From: Candidatus Uhrbacteria bacterium | GTDB lineage: Bacteria; Patescibacteriota; Patescibacteriia; UBA9934 | Direction of reading: 5' to 3' | Length of the DNA stretch: 64,000 nt | NCBI GenBank assembly: GCA_018673485.1 | Contig: JABHCP010000012.1 | Coordinates: forward strand, 30,393 to 94,392 | In this document: positions 46,381 through 56,188 of the stretch, one piece after another | Position numbering within the stretch: position 1 is the stretch's first letter | How the letters are laid out: each line of letters starts with the position of its first letter | Notes under the pieces: generated by a model | Database searches by the model: none | What the model saw: only the letters and a program-made list of their open reading frames with translations | What the model was told of the DNA's origin: nothing | Program-made: the position numbers and the translations under genes

Positions 46381-47922
46381 TTAATCTTTATCTTCTTCTG
46401 ATTTATCTTTGATTTGCTCCGGAGCGAATCCCTTTACAAAATCATCAGCAAGTTTTTTGATTTGTGTTTTTGTGTCGTCTGAGATTTCCTTGTCGTCAGT
46501 AACTTTCTTTAGAATTGCAGACCCTGCAGTTTCAAGATAGTTTAGGAATTTGTCTTCAAACTCTAGAATTTTATCTACCTCAATGACATCAAGATAACCT
46601 TCGTTTAGAAGTGTGATCAAGATTGATTGTGCAGCAAATGAAATCGGTCGGTATTGACCTTGCTTCATAAGTTCCATTGATCGCTTTCCACGCTCAAGTT
46701 GTGCCTTTGTTGCTTCATCAAGATCGGTTGCAAACTGTGCGAAAGCTTCCAACTCACGGAACTGTGCTAGGTCAACCTTTAGAGTCTTAGCAACTGATTT
46801 CATCGCTTTTGTTTGCGCTGATGATCCTACACGTGAAACTGAAAGTCCAACGTTAAGTGCTGGTCGCTGTCCTTTGTAGAAGAGATCGCTCTCCAAAAAG
46901 ATCTGACCGTCGGTAATTGAAATAACGTTTGTAGGAATGTACGCCGAAACGTCACCACCTTGAGTTTCAATAATTGGAAGTGCAGTGATTGATCCGCCAC
47001 CTTGCTCTTCACTCAGTCGAGCTGATCGCTCCAACAGGCGTGAGTGCAAGTAGAAAACATCTCCAGGATAAGCTTCTCGTCCTGGTGGTCGACGCAGAAG
47101 TAGTGAAATCTCTCGATACGCCCATGCGTGCTTGGAAAGGTCATCATAAATCACAAGTATGTCCTCTCCCTTGTCCATGAAATACTCAGCAATTGCACAT
47201 CCGGCATATGGCGCGATATATGAAAGTGATGCTGGGTCGGACGCTCCGGCGAGCACGATAGTTGTGTATTCCATCGCTCCCTCTTTTTCCAGTCGAGCTG
47301 TGATGTTTGCAATTTTTGATTCTTTCTGACCAATTGCTACATAGATACATTTAACACCTTCACCTTTTTGGTTGATGATTGTGTCAATTGCGATTGCAGT
47401 TTTTCCAGTTTGTCGGTCTCCAATGATCAACTCACGCTGACCACGTCCAATCGGGATCAATGAATCAATAGCTTTCAATCCAGTATGCAAAGGAACTGAT
47501 ACGGATTGACGTGAGATAACTCCAGGTGCAATTTTTTCGATTGGCTGGTAGTTGTCTGATGTAATTTCACCCTTACCGTCCAATGCTTTACCAAGTGGGT
47601 TTACTACTCGACCAACTACTTGTTCATTAACTGGAATTGAAAGAATTCGTCCAGTTGATTTTACTGTGTCGCCTTCATTGATGTTTTGTGCATTTCCCAA
47701 AACAATAGCTCCGATGCTTTCTTCCTCAATGTTAAGTGCTACTCCCATAACGCCACCTTTGAACTCCAAGAGCTCCATAGATTTTGCTTCAGAAAGTCCA
47801 CTTAGCCGAACTACACCGTCGGCAACAGACAAAACTGTTCCAACTGATTCAACTTGTGCTTGTGATTTGAATTGCTCAACGGTCTTGCGCAATTCGTCAA
47901 TTATTTGTTGTTTTTGTGCCAT
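46381..47922 (-). CDS. atpA: F-type ATP synthase subunit alpha
   Basis: [19 protein letters not shown]-loop; 513 aa. Confidence 0.95.
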   Translation of the reverse strand: MAQKQQIIDELRKTVEQFKSQAQVESVGTVLSVADGVVRLSGLSEAKSMELLEFKGGVMGVALNIEEESIGAIVLGNAQNINEGDTVKSTGRILSIPVNEQVVGRVVNPLGKALDGKGEITSDNYQPIEKIAPGVISRQSVSVPLHTGLKAIDSLIPIGRGQRELIIGDRQTGKTAIAIDTIINQKGEGVKCIYVAIGQKESKIANITARLEKEGAMEYTTIVLAGASDPASLSYIAPYAGCAIAEYFMDKGEDILVIYDDLSKHAWAYREISLLLRRPPGREAYPGDVFYLHSRLLERSARLSEEQGGGSITALPIIETQGGDVSAYIPTNVISITDGQIFLESDLFYKGQRPALNVGLSVSRVGSSAQTKAMKSVAKTLKVDLAQFRELEAFAQFATDLDEATKAQLERGKRSMELMKQGQYRPISFAAQSILITLLNEGYLDVIEVDKILEFEDKFLNYLETAGSAILKKVTDDKEISDDTKTQIKKLADDFVKGFAPEQIKDKSEEDKD

Positions 47923-47927
47923 ACACC

Positions 47928-48311
47928 TTATTTACTTAAAGTCATTTTTAGTTTTTGAAGCGTGCCCGCTATCGATCCGTCTATACGCTTATCATCGATT
48001 CTTATTACTGATCCACCGATTAATCGCTCATCAACTCGCCGTACGATGTCTGCTCCTTTGGCGAGCTTCTCGATCTCTTCGTTTGCCAATTCTGTTAATG
48101 GGTGAGCAGATACCACTGTGATCTTTGATACTCCGTATTTTTCCTTCCATGCTTTGTGGATGTGCATTTCTATTTCGCGCCAACTTCCCAGTAGTTTGTT
48201 CTCTGCCAGGAATGCTACGAATTCTTTCATTACATCCGGAACTGCTTCGTACTCTAGGTCTTCGAGTTGGTCTACTAAAACACGTGCTATGGTTTTTGCA
48301 TTAGTATCCAT
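47928..48311 (-). CDS. atpH: F-type ATP synthase subunit delta (OSCP), short form
   Basis: 127 aa, operon position between atpF and atpA. Confidence 0.6.
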   Translation of the reverse strand: MDTNAKTIARVLVDQLEDLEYEAVPDVMKEFVAFLAENKLLGSWREIEMHIHKAWKEKYGVSKITVVSAHPLTELANEEIEKLAKGADIVRRVDERLIGGSVIRIDDKRIDGSIAGTLQKLKMTLSK

Positions 48312-48314
48312 AGA

Positions 48315-48950
48315 CTAGGTTAGTTTTCGTACAACCTCTTCTGCTATTGATTTAGACTTTGTTTCATCAATTTGATCTTGCAAAATTCTAGTTGCTGATT
48401 TTACCGCAATGTCAATTATGTCTTTTCGCACTTCTTTAATCATCGCAGTTCTTTCTTCAGTTAGTTGATCCTTACCTTTAGCAATCACTCGTTCGACTTC
48501 GCGTTTTGCAGCGCCGATGATTTCTTCTTGGCGCGCTTTACCTGAGTCATGTGCTTTCTCAATGATCTCTTGAGCTTGTTTTTGCGCATTGATGATCATT
48601 TCCTCTTTTTCGTTTTCGATCTCAGTAACTCGCTTTTCGATGTCGTCAGCTTGCTTCATGCTCTTTTCGATTTTTTCTGAGCGTTCATCGAGCATTTTTA
48701 CAATCGGCTTGTAAACAAACTTCCACAAAACAATCAACACGATTAAGAAGTTGATAAGTTGCGCTGCAAAGATTTGTCCGTTTAATCCAAACTGACCAGC
48801 AACGGCCGCGATTGGATTATCACTTTCAGTTTCGTGACCTACAGATTCTTGGAGTTCACCAACTTCTGCTTGATCCTCACATTCATGACCTTGGCATTCT
48901 TCAATACCTTCATCGTGAACCTCGTTAGTATTTGTTTCTTCTTGACTCAT
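48315..48950 (-). CDS. atpF: F-type ATP synthase subunit b with an acidic His/Glu/Cys-rich N-terminal extension
   Basis: Single transmembrane helix then a long charged helix; operon position. Confidence 0.65.
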   Translation of the reverse strand: MSQEETNTNEVHDEGIEECQGHECEDQAEVGELQESVGHETESDNPIAAVAGQFGLNGQIFAAQLINFLIVLIVLWKFVYKPIVKMLDERSEKIEKSMKQADDIEKRVTEIENEKEEMIINAQKQAQEIIEKAHDSGKARQEEIIGAAKREVERVIAKGKDQLTEERTAMIKEVRKDIIDIAVKSATRILQDQIDETKSKSIAEEVVRKLT

Positions 48951-49071
48951 AGTTTTTATAATAGTCTCAATTCCACCGAGCTAAATTATTTGCTTTAGCG
49001 AAGCTCGATGGTCAAAGATCATTAATAGAGTTTTTCCAGTTCGACACAATTATGCGCCGACTGGGAAAGTT

Positions 49072-49314
<243 letters not shown>

Positions 49315-49376
49315 TTAGTAACAGATCTCTAATGAGATTTGATCCATTTAGAATAATCTAAACAGATCGAATCACA

Positions 49377-50267
49377 CTAGGCGTGTGCCTCAACTTTTTC
49401 TTCTTCATGTTCTTCATCGTGACCATGGCTCATCGTTGCTACTACTAGGAATGCAAGAGTTAACATCGCAAACACTGTTGCCTGAATTACTCCTACAAGG
49501 AGCTCCAAGAACATGAATGGAATTGGAAGAACGTATGAGAATAGTCCGAGCATTACTGTCATCAATACTTCACCGGCAAAAATGTTTCCAAACAATCGTA
49601 GTGAGAGTGAGAGAGTTTTTGCAAATTCCCCAATAATCTCGATTAATCCGATGAAGAACTCAACACATGCAATGACTACAGCCATTGGACCATGTTTAAA
49701 AGCCTTGAAGATTCCTTTGAAGTTTAGGAACTTACTAAAGTGATTGAAAACTCCAAGTGAGCGCATTCCTGCAAAGTGAGTTGTCAAAATTGCGATCATT
49801 GCAATACCAAGGGTCAAGTTAAGGTCACTTGTTGCTGGGCGCAATAGTGGAATCAACTCAAAGTGGCCGTGTAAATATCCGTAAACTCCAATTGATCCAG
49901 TTCCTGGGAGTTGTCCAAGCCAGTTAGAGAAAAGTATAAAGAAGAAGATTGTTGCAACCAGTGGTAGGAACGCTCGGGCTTTCTTTTTATCTTCTGTAAC
50001 TTTTTCAATTTCGTTTAATGCGAACTCGATCAGTGTCTCAACTAGGTTGTAAAGTCCTTTTGGAATAATGCTAATTTTTTTTGTCACTAAGACTGCTACC
50101 AAAACAAAAAACGCGACTGCTATATACGCGTTTAACATGGAATTGGTGATTGTAAAGTTTCCGATCTCAAAAATAGGTTCTGCAGCAAGTGGAATGCTCG
50201 CGTACGCAAGTTTATTTACTATCCCCTTTTTCGTATAGCTCTCCATAGTACTTTGCCTTTTTGGCAA
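49377..50267 (-). CDS. atpB: F-type ATP synthase subunit a
   Basis: LSLRLFGNIFAGE motif carrying the conserved Arg. Confidence 0.8.
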   Translation of the reverse strand: MPKRQSTMESYTKKGIVNKLAYASIPLAAEPIFEIGNFTITNSMLNAYIAVAFFVLVAVLVTKKISIIPKGLYNLVETLIEFALNEIEKVTEDKKKARAFLPLVATIFFFILFSNWLGQLPGTGSIGVYGYLHGHFELIPLLRPATSDLNLTLGIAMIAILTTHFAGMRSLGVFNHFSKFLNFKGIFKAFKHGPMAVVIACVEFFIGLIEIIGEFAKTLSLSLRLFGNIFAGEVLMTVMLGLFSYVLPIPFMFLELLVGVIQATVFAMLTLAFLVVATMSHGHDEEHEEEKVEAHA

Positions 50268-50481
50268 TGATTACAACTGTAATTGTGAGTGCTGCTATCA
50301 GCAGTCCGCCTAATATCCATGGCTCTGTTCCAAATTTTTCATCAAGTCTTTTACCGGCCATCACGGCAAGCAGTGCAGGAACTGCAATTGTTACCCCGAA
50401 GTCGGCGGCAACGCGAAATGCGAGCACGTAATAGTAGCGATCTGACGCTTGATTTGATTGCTTTTTTGGCAAATCTACCAT
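50212..50481 (-). CDS. AtpI/AtpZ-like small membrane protein heading the atp operon
   Basis: 89 aa, 2 transmembrane helices, position immediately upstream of atpB. Confidence 0.4.
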   Translation of the reverse strand: MVDLPKKQSNQASDRYYYVLAFRVAADFGVTIAVPALLAVMAGKRLDEKFGTEPWILGGLLIAALTITVVIIAKKAKYYGELYEKGDSK

Positions 50482-50570
50482 GTGAAAAATTCGGCCATAG
50501 TATAGCTCGGGAATTCAAATGGGTCAAGCGGTCAATTTTTTGGCTTTTTACTTCACCAATCTAAAAGAAT

Positions 50571-50590
50571 AAACCCCTTTTCAGGGGTTT
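50571..50590. terminator. Bidirectional hairpin aaacccctt-ttca-ggggttt
   Basis: Perfect stem between divergent transcription units. Confidence 0.5.
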
Positions 50591-50610
50591 ATTCTCGCAC
50601 TCCGCTTAAT

Positions 50611-51699
50611 ATGCGGTTGCCGTTTAAAATCGGCTGCTTTGAACTCTTTCGAGCTCTAGCTATGCTTTCCATGTCACTGCAAAAATGCAGTCGCTGTTTA
50701 ATATCAGCTGCTCTTTCGAGCTCTGGATATTGTTACCATAGCATAGGTGCAGGAAAATGCAAGCACTGCAGTATGGGCCGGGAAGGTTTTTATAATAGCG
50801 GATATTCAAGTAGTATGAATCATATGCACTGCCCATCATGTCAAAAAAAGGATTTCATATGTTTTTTAAAGAAGATAAGAAAGGCAAAGATTTTTGTTTG
50901 CAAAAATTGTGATCTACATTTTTCAAAATCCGCAAAGCTATCGAGCAGAAAATGGTATGAGAAGTCCTTAAAAGATAAAACCGCAATGACTTTGCCAGAG
51001 GTCTGGCTTAAATGGCAGAAGAAAATTTATGCACAATTTTTGAGGCGCTCAGGCGAGGGGTTGAGCTTGCTTGATGTGGGTTGTGGAGATGGTAAGTTTT
51101 TAAAGCAGGCTCAAGATCGCGGATATCACGTGACTGGAATTGACTTGAACAGTATCCTGGTCAATCAAGCAAGAAAAGAGAAAAAGATTGAATATCATGC
51201 AATGGATTTTAAACAGTTCAGGAAGGAGTTCTCCAAGCAGCGCTTTAATGTCATCACTTTTTTTCAGGTGCTTGAGCATATGAAGAATCCGAATAGTTTC
51301 ATCAATATGGTGCGAGGTGCACTTAATCCTGGCGGATATATCGCATTCAGTGTGCCAAATAGAGATCGTTTTCGTTTTGCTACAAGCGTAGTTCCTCAAT
51401 GGGATTCACCTCCTCATCACAGAACCTGGTGGAATAAGGTGGCTATAAAACATCTGCTCAAGCGTAAAGGATTTCGCATTTTACAGTTAAAAGAATACAA
51501 AAAACAAGTTAAAATCCCTGTGAGAAGAGGTTGGAGTAAACAGGATGCCACGATTGTTCATCAGCTCTCATATTATTCGAAGTTTAAATACTATATTTTG
51601 AAAAATACTGCATTAAAGCTGTCTCGAAAGAAATTCATCAACATGCGTGCGAATGTTAAGGGGCCTTACTTGTATGTTTATGCGCGCTTGGAGAAATGA
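50611..51699 (+). CDS. Class I SAM-dependent methyltransferase with Cys-rich (zinc-ribbon-like) N-terminal region
   Basis: LLDVGCGDGKFLKQAQDRGYHVTGIDLN SAM-binding motif I; N-terminal CxxC...CxxC pairs; start uncertain, and direct nucleotide repeats lie in the first about 150 nt. Confidence 0.6.
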   Translation: MRLPFKIGCFELFRALAMLSMSLQKCSRCLISAALSSSGYCYHSIGAGKCKHCSMGREGFYNSGYSSSMNHMHCPSCQKKDFICFLKKIRKAKIFVCKNCDLHFSKSAKLSSRKWYEKSLKDKTAMTLPEVWLKWQKKIYAQFLRRSGEGLSLLDVGCGDGKFLKQAQDRGYHVTGIDLNSILVNQARKEKKIEYHAMDFKQFRKEFSKQRFNVITFFQVLEHMKNPNSFINMVRGALNPGGYIAFSVPNRDRFRFATSVVPQWDSPPHHRTWWNKVAIKHLLKRKGFRILQLKEYKKQVKIPVRRGWSKQDATIVHQLSYYSKFKYYILKNTALKLSRKKFINMRANVKGPYLYVYARLEK

Positions 51700-51783
51700 T
51701 GATTAATGACGTGAGAATGAGCTGAAAAGCAAAGATCACCAATCTGGAGACTGGTGATCAAGACGACAGCGGGAGCTGTAAGG

Positions 51784-51857
51784 TGGCGCCGATGGCAGGA
51801 ATTGAACCTGCGACCCCCTGCTCGACGGCAGGTGCTCTATCACTGAGCTACATCGGC
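51784..51857 (-). tRNA. tRNA-Asp(GUC)-like gene with an apparent 6-nt anticodon loop
   Basis: Acceptor GCCGATG/CATCGGC, D arm GCTC/GAGC, T arm GCAGG-TTCAATT-CCTGC, discriminator G, CCA encoded; anticodon stem CCTGC/GCAGG encloses CGTCGA. Confidence 0.55.
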
Positions 51858-51871
51858 TAAGGAGTGAGAAA

Positions 51872-51984
51872 TGGCTCTGGGGGCTGGATTTGAACCAACG
51901 ACTTCCTGCGTGATGGTAGGTGAACTAACCAGTTGTTCTACCGGCTTGGCAAACAGGCGAGCTAACCAACTGCTCTACCCCAGA
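51872..51984 (-). tRNA. 113-nt tRNA-like gene: canonical acceptor, D and T arms, with about 36 extra nt in the anticodon region (candidate tRNA-Gly(GCC) carrying an insertion or intron, or a disrupted tRNA)
   Basis: 5' TCTGGGG-TA-GAGC-AGTTGGTTA-GCTC-G-CCTGT-TTGCCA[36 nt]C-GCAGG-AAGTC-GTTGG-TTCAAAT-CCAGC-CCCCAGA-G-CCA; removing 51911-51946 gives a 77-nt cloverleaf with loop UUGCCAC. Confidence 0.45.
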
Positions 51985-52080
51985 TCACGAATATGATAAT
52001 ATATAACGCAAAAGTACATGTCAAGAAAACAGCACTTACGTGCTGTTTTTTTAGTGTAGTTCCAATAGGTCTTATAAGAC

Positions 52081-52929
52081 CTACATATCTAATTGGAAAA
52101 ACTCAATTGCGTTTTTTGTGGTTTGTTCTGCGACTTCTTTGTAACTCATTCCTTTTATGTCTGCGAGAACGTGAGCGATGTGTTTTACAAAAGATGGCTC
52201 GTTTCTTTTTCCGCGATTTGGCGCCGGTGATAGGTACGGAGCATCTGTTTCGATCATTATTGATTCCATTGGTAGTTCCTTGGCAATGCGTTGAATCTCA
52301 TCGGAAAACGTTAGAATTCCAGTAAACGAGATCATGAATCCAAGTTCGATGTATCTTCTTGCATCTTCAAGCGATCCTGTAAAGCAGTGCACTACACCAC
52401 GGCGTGGGAGTTTCCCCTCATCTACCGCTCGTTTAAGAACTTCATATTGCAAATCGTGAGCGTCCCGACAATGCACAACTATCGGCTTATTAAACTCAGT
52501 TGCAAAATCAATTTGTAAGTTTGTTGCTGCTGTTTGATCTTCGATGACTTTACTTTCCTCAACGTTTCGTGGCTTGTGATAAAAGTCCAAACCAAACTCC
52601 CCCACCGCAACGACCTTAGGATGTGAAACCAATTCTCGATAATACTCAGGATCAAATTCCTCAGTTCGAGTTTTTATCTTCCCAGGATCAAATTCGTTAT
52701 CATCATTAAACTCCTGTTTATGTAAATGAGACGGATGCAATCCCACAGTAGCCCAAACACCATCATACTTTTCCGCCACCTCAATCGCCTTCTTACTCGT
52801 ACTTGACTGCGTCCCAACCGTAATCATCCCAATCCCCTCATCAAGCGATCGTTTTATCACCTCATCCATGTCACCCTTGTACGCCGCGAAATGGACGTGG
52901 GTGTGCGTGTCGATTAGTTGAGGATACAT
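52081..52929 (-). CDS. tatD: TatD-family metal-dependent hydrolase (DNase)
   Basis: MYPQLIDTHTHVHF N-terminal metal-binding motif; 282 aa TIM-barrel hydrolase pattern. Confidence 0.8.
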   Translation of the reverse strand: MYPQLIDTHTHVHFAAYKGDMDEVIKRSLDEGIGMITVGTQSSTSKKAIEVAEKYDGVWATVGLHPSHLHKQEFNDDNEFDPGKIKTRTEEFDPEYYRELVSHPKVVAVGEFGLDFYHKPRNVEESKVIEDQTAATNLQIDFATEFNKPIVVHCRDAHDLQYEVLKRAVDEGKLPRRGVVHCFTGSLEDARRYIELGFMISFTGILTFSDEIQRIAKELPMESIMIETDAPYLSPAPNRGKRNEPSFVKHIAHVLADIKGMSYKEVAEQTTKNAIEFFQLDM

Positions 52930-52996
52930 AATATTGATAAAACCCCCATGTTGCTATGGCATAGGGGTCTCATTGTAATTAACGTATAAATATGGA

Positions 52997-53338
52997 CTAA
53001 TAAGGCAATTTTATTCCCCATTCTTTTGCCTCTTCTCTTGGGTCAGGAGAGACTGGGCATTCTTGGTCTGATTCCGCAGCCTCCATAGCCTGCTCCAATC
53101 TCTCCATGGAGCCATGTGCGCCACTGATTCCATTAATTGGATCATTTTGATATGCGCACCAGTGATAGCGCAGGGCATCCAAATTGCCAGAATTTTGAAG
53201 TACTTTTCCTGGTTCGGTTTCAACTGTAAACAATCCGTCTTCAAGAGTGGGTGCAAAAGTTCCAAATTTTGTTTCTTCAATTGGAAGTTTCTCATTTGTA
53301 TTTTCTGGATTTGTAGGTGTCTCTGACATATAATTCAT
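52997..53338 (-). CDS. Hypothetical protein
   Basis: Start placed at MNYMSETP to avoid overlap with the upstream gene; no family recognised. Confidence 0.35.
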   Translation of the reverse strand: MNYMSETPTNPENTNEKLPIEETKFGTFAPTLEDGLFTVETEPGKVLQNSGNLDALRYHWCAYQNDPINGISGAHGSMERLEQAMEAAESDQECPVSPDPREEAKEWGIKLPY

Positions 53339-53430
53339 TTTTTTAATTATTATACTTAAATTATTATATAATACCGTCCAACTATAAGTCAATATAATAC
53401 AATGTTTGTAACGTTGAAGTGAGTGTGAGC

Positions 53431-53919
53431 TTAGATAAACAGCCCAACGATCCACATTATCCAACCTCCTGTCCAAGACAGCCATTCTACGACTTGGGAG
53501 TCCAGGATTGCGGATTTAAGCCAGCCGTCAGTTAGTTGGTTTGTTGCGTAGTAGATGACGCCTGATAGGACCACAAAGGCTTCGAGAACGCCTAAAATAC
53601 CACCTAGGAGCTTGTTGATTCCTGCAACGAATGGAATTATGGTTAAAAGTTTGTAGGCGCGATCTAGGAGTTCAAATAGCCAAGCAATGAGTTGGCTTGC
53701 GACTGCCAATATTAGAACAAAAGCTATTACTTGGACGACTTGATAGTCACTTATCGGCCAGAGCGTATCAAGCCATTGTATTGCAAATATTGCTAGGAAC
53801 ATTCCACCCAAAAGTCCGACAAGACTTCCAAGTGTTCTAATGAAGCCATGGTAAAGCCCAGCGATTATAAAAAGTCCAGCAATCGCGATGAGTACTAAGT
53901 CAGCGAGTGTGAAGGTCAT
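53431..53919 (-). CDS. CvpA-family membrane protein
   Basis: 162 aa, 4 transmembrane helices, MTFTLADLVLIAIAGLFIIAGLYHGFIRTL N-terminal pattern typical of CvpA. Confidence 0.55.
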   Translation of the reverse strand: MTFTLADLVLIAIAGLFIIAGLYHGFIRTLGSLVGLLGGMFLAIFAIQWLDTLWPISDYQVVQVIAFVLILAVASQLIAWLFELLDRAYKLLTIIPFVAGINKLLGGILGVLEAFVVLSGVIYYATNQLTDGWLKSAILDSQVVEWLSWTGGWIMWIVGLFI

Positions 53920-53927
53920 AGGAGATA

Positions 53928-53965
53928 TAGGTAGTAGTAAGTAGAAAGTAGAGAGTAGAATGTAG
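53928..53965. repeat. R3 heptad repeat directly upstream of the cvpA-like start codon
   Basis: taggtagtagtaagtagaaagtagagagtagaatgtag. Confidence 0.6.
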
Positions 53966-53969
53966 TGGT

Positions 53970-54017
53970 GAGTTCGATCGAATCCCCCTCCTTTTTAAGG
54001 AGGGGTTAGGGGTGGTT
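53970..54017. repeat. Short R1-like hairpin element (ccccctcctttttaaggaggggttaggggtggtt) with TTCGATCGAA flank
   Basis: Variant of 23847-23884. Confidence 0.55.
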
Positions 54018-54041
54018 ATGTAATAGTTCCCAATTTTCGAT

Positions 54042-55472
54042 CTAATTGTCTCTTCGTGGAAATAGCGGATCGCCGGTTAGTATTTTGTCACCATCGTAGC
54101 GTTTGATGATCTCATCAGCTGCTTCGGGGATTATCGGCTTAAGAGATTGTCCAATGAATCGGATGTTTTCGGCTAGTTCGCTCAGTACTTCTTTTGCTGC
54201 AGCTTCATCTTCTTTGACGAGCTTAAATGGAGCTTTGATTTCGATTAGTTCGTTTGATTCTGAAACGATCTCAAAAACAAGATCGATATATTTTTTGAAA
54301 TCATAGTCTTTCATCGAAATTTCTAATTGAGTTTTTAACTCGCCCCAGTTCTTTTCGATCTTGTCTAGTTTCCCGTCAAAATACTTGTCAGACATAGCCG
54401 CAACTCGGCTAACAAGATTTCCAAGTTGGTTTGCAAGTTCTGCGTAGCGTTCTTCCATTCTTGGCATTGCAAAGTCGCCATCGTCGTGTGAAGGAATCTC
54501 ACGAAGTAAGTAATATCGCACAGCGTCAGTTCCGAACTCTTTTACGAGCTCAAATGGGTCAACGACGTTGCCTAAACTCTTACTCATCTTTTTTCCGTCG
54601 GAAGTGATGAACCCATGAATGAAAACTTGTGTTGATGGTTTCAATCCGGCTGACATTAGCATTGCCTGCCACATTGCAGTTTGCTGTCGCAGATTGTCCT
54701 TTCCTGCCACTTGTACTCCTGGCCAGAACTTAAAGTCACCAGACTCATCTGGCCAACCTAGAGTTGAGACGTAGTTCACAAGTGCATCAAACCATACATA
54801 CATTACGTGGTCCTCGTCTCCGGGAACTGAAACACCCCAAGGCATTTTTTCCTTCATTCGTGAAATGCTGAAGTCGCGAAGACCAGCGTCGACGAAATTC
54901 TTTATCTCGTTAAAGCGATATTCTGGCACAACAAAGTCTGGTTGCGCCGCATAAAGCTCTTGCAATGGTTTTTGATATTTTGAAAATGCAAAGAAGTAGT
55001 TTTCTTCATCGCGTAATTCAAGCTCCATGTTTGGATGGACTGGACACTTGCCTTCCTCGAGCTCTGAGTCTTGTTTTTCAAGCTCACAACCAATACAGTA
55101 TTTTGTTTGGTACCGATCTTTGTAAATGTCTCCACTTGATAGACATCGGTTCCAGAATTCTTGCGCTGCTTTTTTGTGATCAGCATTGCTGGTGCGAATG
55201 AAGTTTGTGTAAGTAAGATTCAATGCATCTTTGAGATTATCAAATCGTGCCGCATATTCATCAACGTAAGCTTGTGTGTCCTTTCCTTCTGTTGCTGCTT
55301 TTTCGAAAATCTTCTGCCCGTGCTCATCAGTCCCAGTATTAAATAGCACCTCGTGCCCACTAAGCGCATGAAAACGAGCAAGCGTATCTGCTTGAATAAT
55401 CTCGAGTGCGAATCCGATATGAGGGTCGGAGTTTACGTATGGGAGTGTCGTTGTGATGTAGTATTTTGGCAT
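54042..55472 (-). CDS. metG: Methionyl-tRNA synthetase
   Basis: YITTTLPYVNSDPHIGFALE (HIGH-region variant) and KMSKSLGNVV; start taken at MPKYY. Confidence 0.9.
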   Translation of the reverse strand: MPKYYITTTLPYVNSDPHIGFALEIIQADTLARFHALSGHEVLFNTGTDEHGQKIFEKAATEGKDTQAYVDEYAARFDNLKDALNLTYTNFIRTSNADHKKAAQEFWNRCLSSGDIYKDRYQTKYCIGCELEKQDSELEEGKCPVHPNMELELRDEENYFFAFSKYQKPLQELYAAQPDFVVPEYRFNEIKNFVDAGLRDFSISRMKEKMPWGVSVPGDEDHVMYVWFDALVNYVSTLGWPDESGDFKFWPGVQVAGKDNLRQQTAMWQAMLMSAGLKPSTQVFIHGFITSDGKKMSKSLGNVVDPFELVKEFGTDAVRYYLLREIPSHDDGDFAMPRMEERYAELANQLGNLVSRVAAMSDKYFDGKLDKIEKNWGELKTQLEISMKDYDFKKYIDLVFEIVSESNELIEIKAPFKLVKEDEAAAKEVLSELAENIRFIGQSLKPIIPEAADEIIKRYDGDKILTGDPLFPRRDN

Positions 55473-55478
55473 ATCGCA

Positions 55479-55510
55479 GGTAGTAGTAAGTAGGGAGTAG
55501 ATAGTAGATG
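55479..55510. repeat. R3 heptad repeat directly upstream of the metG start codon
   Basis: ggtagtagtaagtagggagtagatagtagatg; the minus strand reads ...CTTACTACTACCTGCGAT-ATG. Confidence 0.6.
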
Positions 55511-55522
55511 AGGCCTTCGATA

Positions 55523-56188
55523 TCATCGCGGAGCGATAACTATCACGAATTCGCCCTTAGTTGATGTTTGGTTTAGTTGCTCGATAACTTCTGGTGCAGT
55601 CCCACGGTAAATATGCTCGTGCATTTTTGTTAGTTCCCTGCCAACAATAAGCGTTCTGTCTTGTGGAAGTTGCTCGAGTGTTTTAATGATTCTGTGTTTT
55701 GATTCGTAGAGTGCGACAGTTTGCTTGATAGTTTCGATGTTTTCAAAATATGTCTTTCTTCCTTTTTTGTTTGGTGGGAATCCCAAAAATGTAAACTTAT
55801 CAGTTGGAAATCCGCACACGCTCAGTGCAGCAGCGATCGCTGAAGCTCCTGGGATCGGTACTACCGTGACATCTGCTTTGATCGCGACTTCAACCAATTT
55901 GCCTCCCGGGTCAGAGATTCCTGGAGTTCCAGCGTCAGTTACGAGTGCTACTGATGCTCCGTCAACTAGTTTGCTTACGATGTGACCAGCCTTTTCGTCA
56001 GTTGAGTGCTGATGATAGGAAATCGTTGGTGTATCGATTGAATAGTTTGAAAGTAGTTTTTTTGTTACTCGCGTGTCTTCGCAGGCGATAAGGTCAACGG
56101 TTTTAAGAGTCTCAAGCGCGCGCTCAGTTATATCACTGAGGTTTCCGATGGGTGTTCCAACAACGTATAGTGTTCCTTTACTCTGCAT
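55523..56188 (-). CDS. rsmI: 16S rRNA (cytidine1402-2'-O)-methyltransferase RsmI
   Basis: LYVVGTPIGNLSDITERALETLKTVDLIACEDTR tetrapyrrole-methylase-fold signature of RsmI. Confidence 0.8.
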   Translation of the reverse strand: MQSKGTLYVVGTPIGNLSDITERALETLKTVDLIACEDTRVTKKLLSNYSIDTPTISYHQHSTDEKAGHIVSKLVDGASVALVTDAGTPGISDPGGKLVEVAIKADVTVVPIPGASAIAAALSVCGFPTDKFTFLGFPPNKKGRKTYFENIETIKQTVALYESKHRIIKTLEQLPQDRTLIVGRELTKMHEHIYRGTAPEVIEQLNQTSTKGEFVIVIAPR

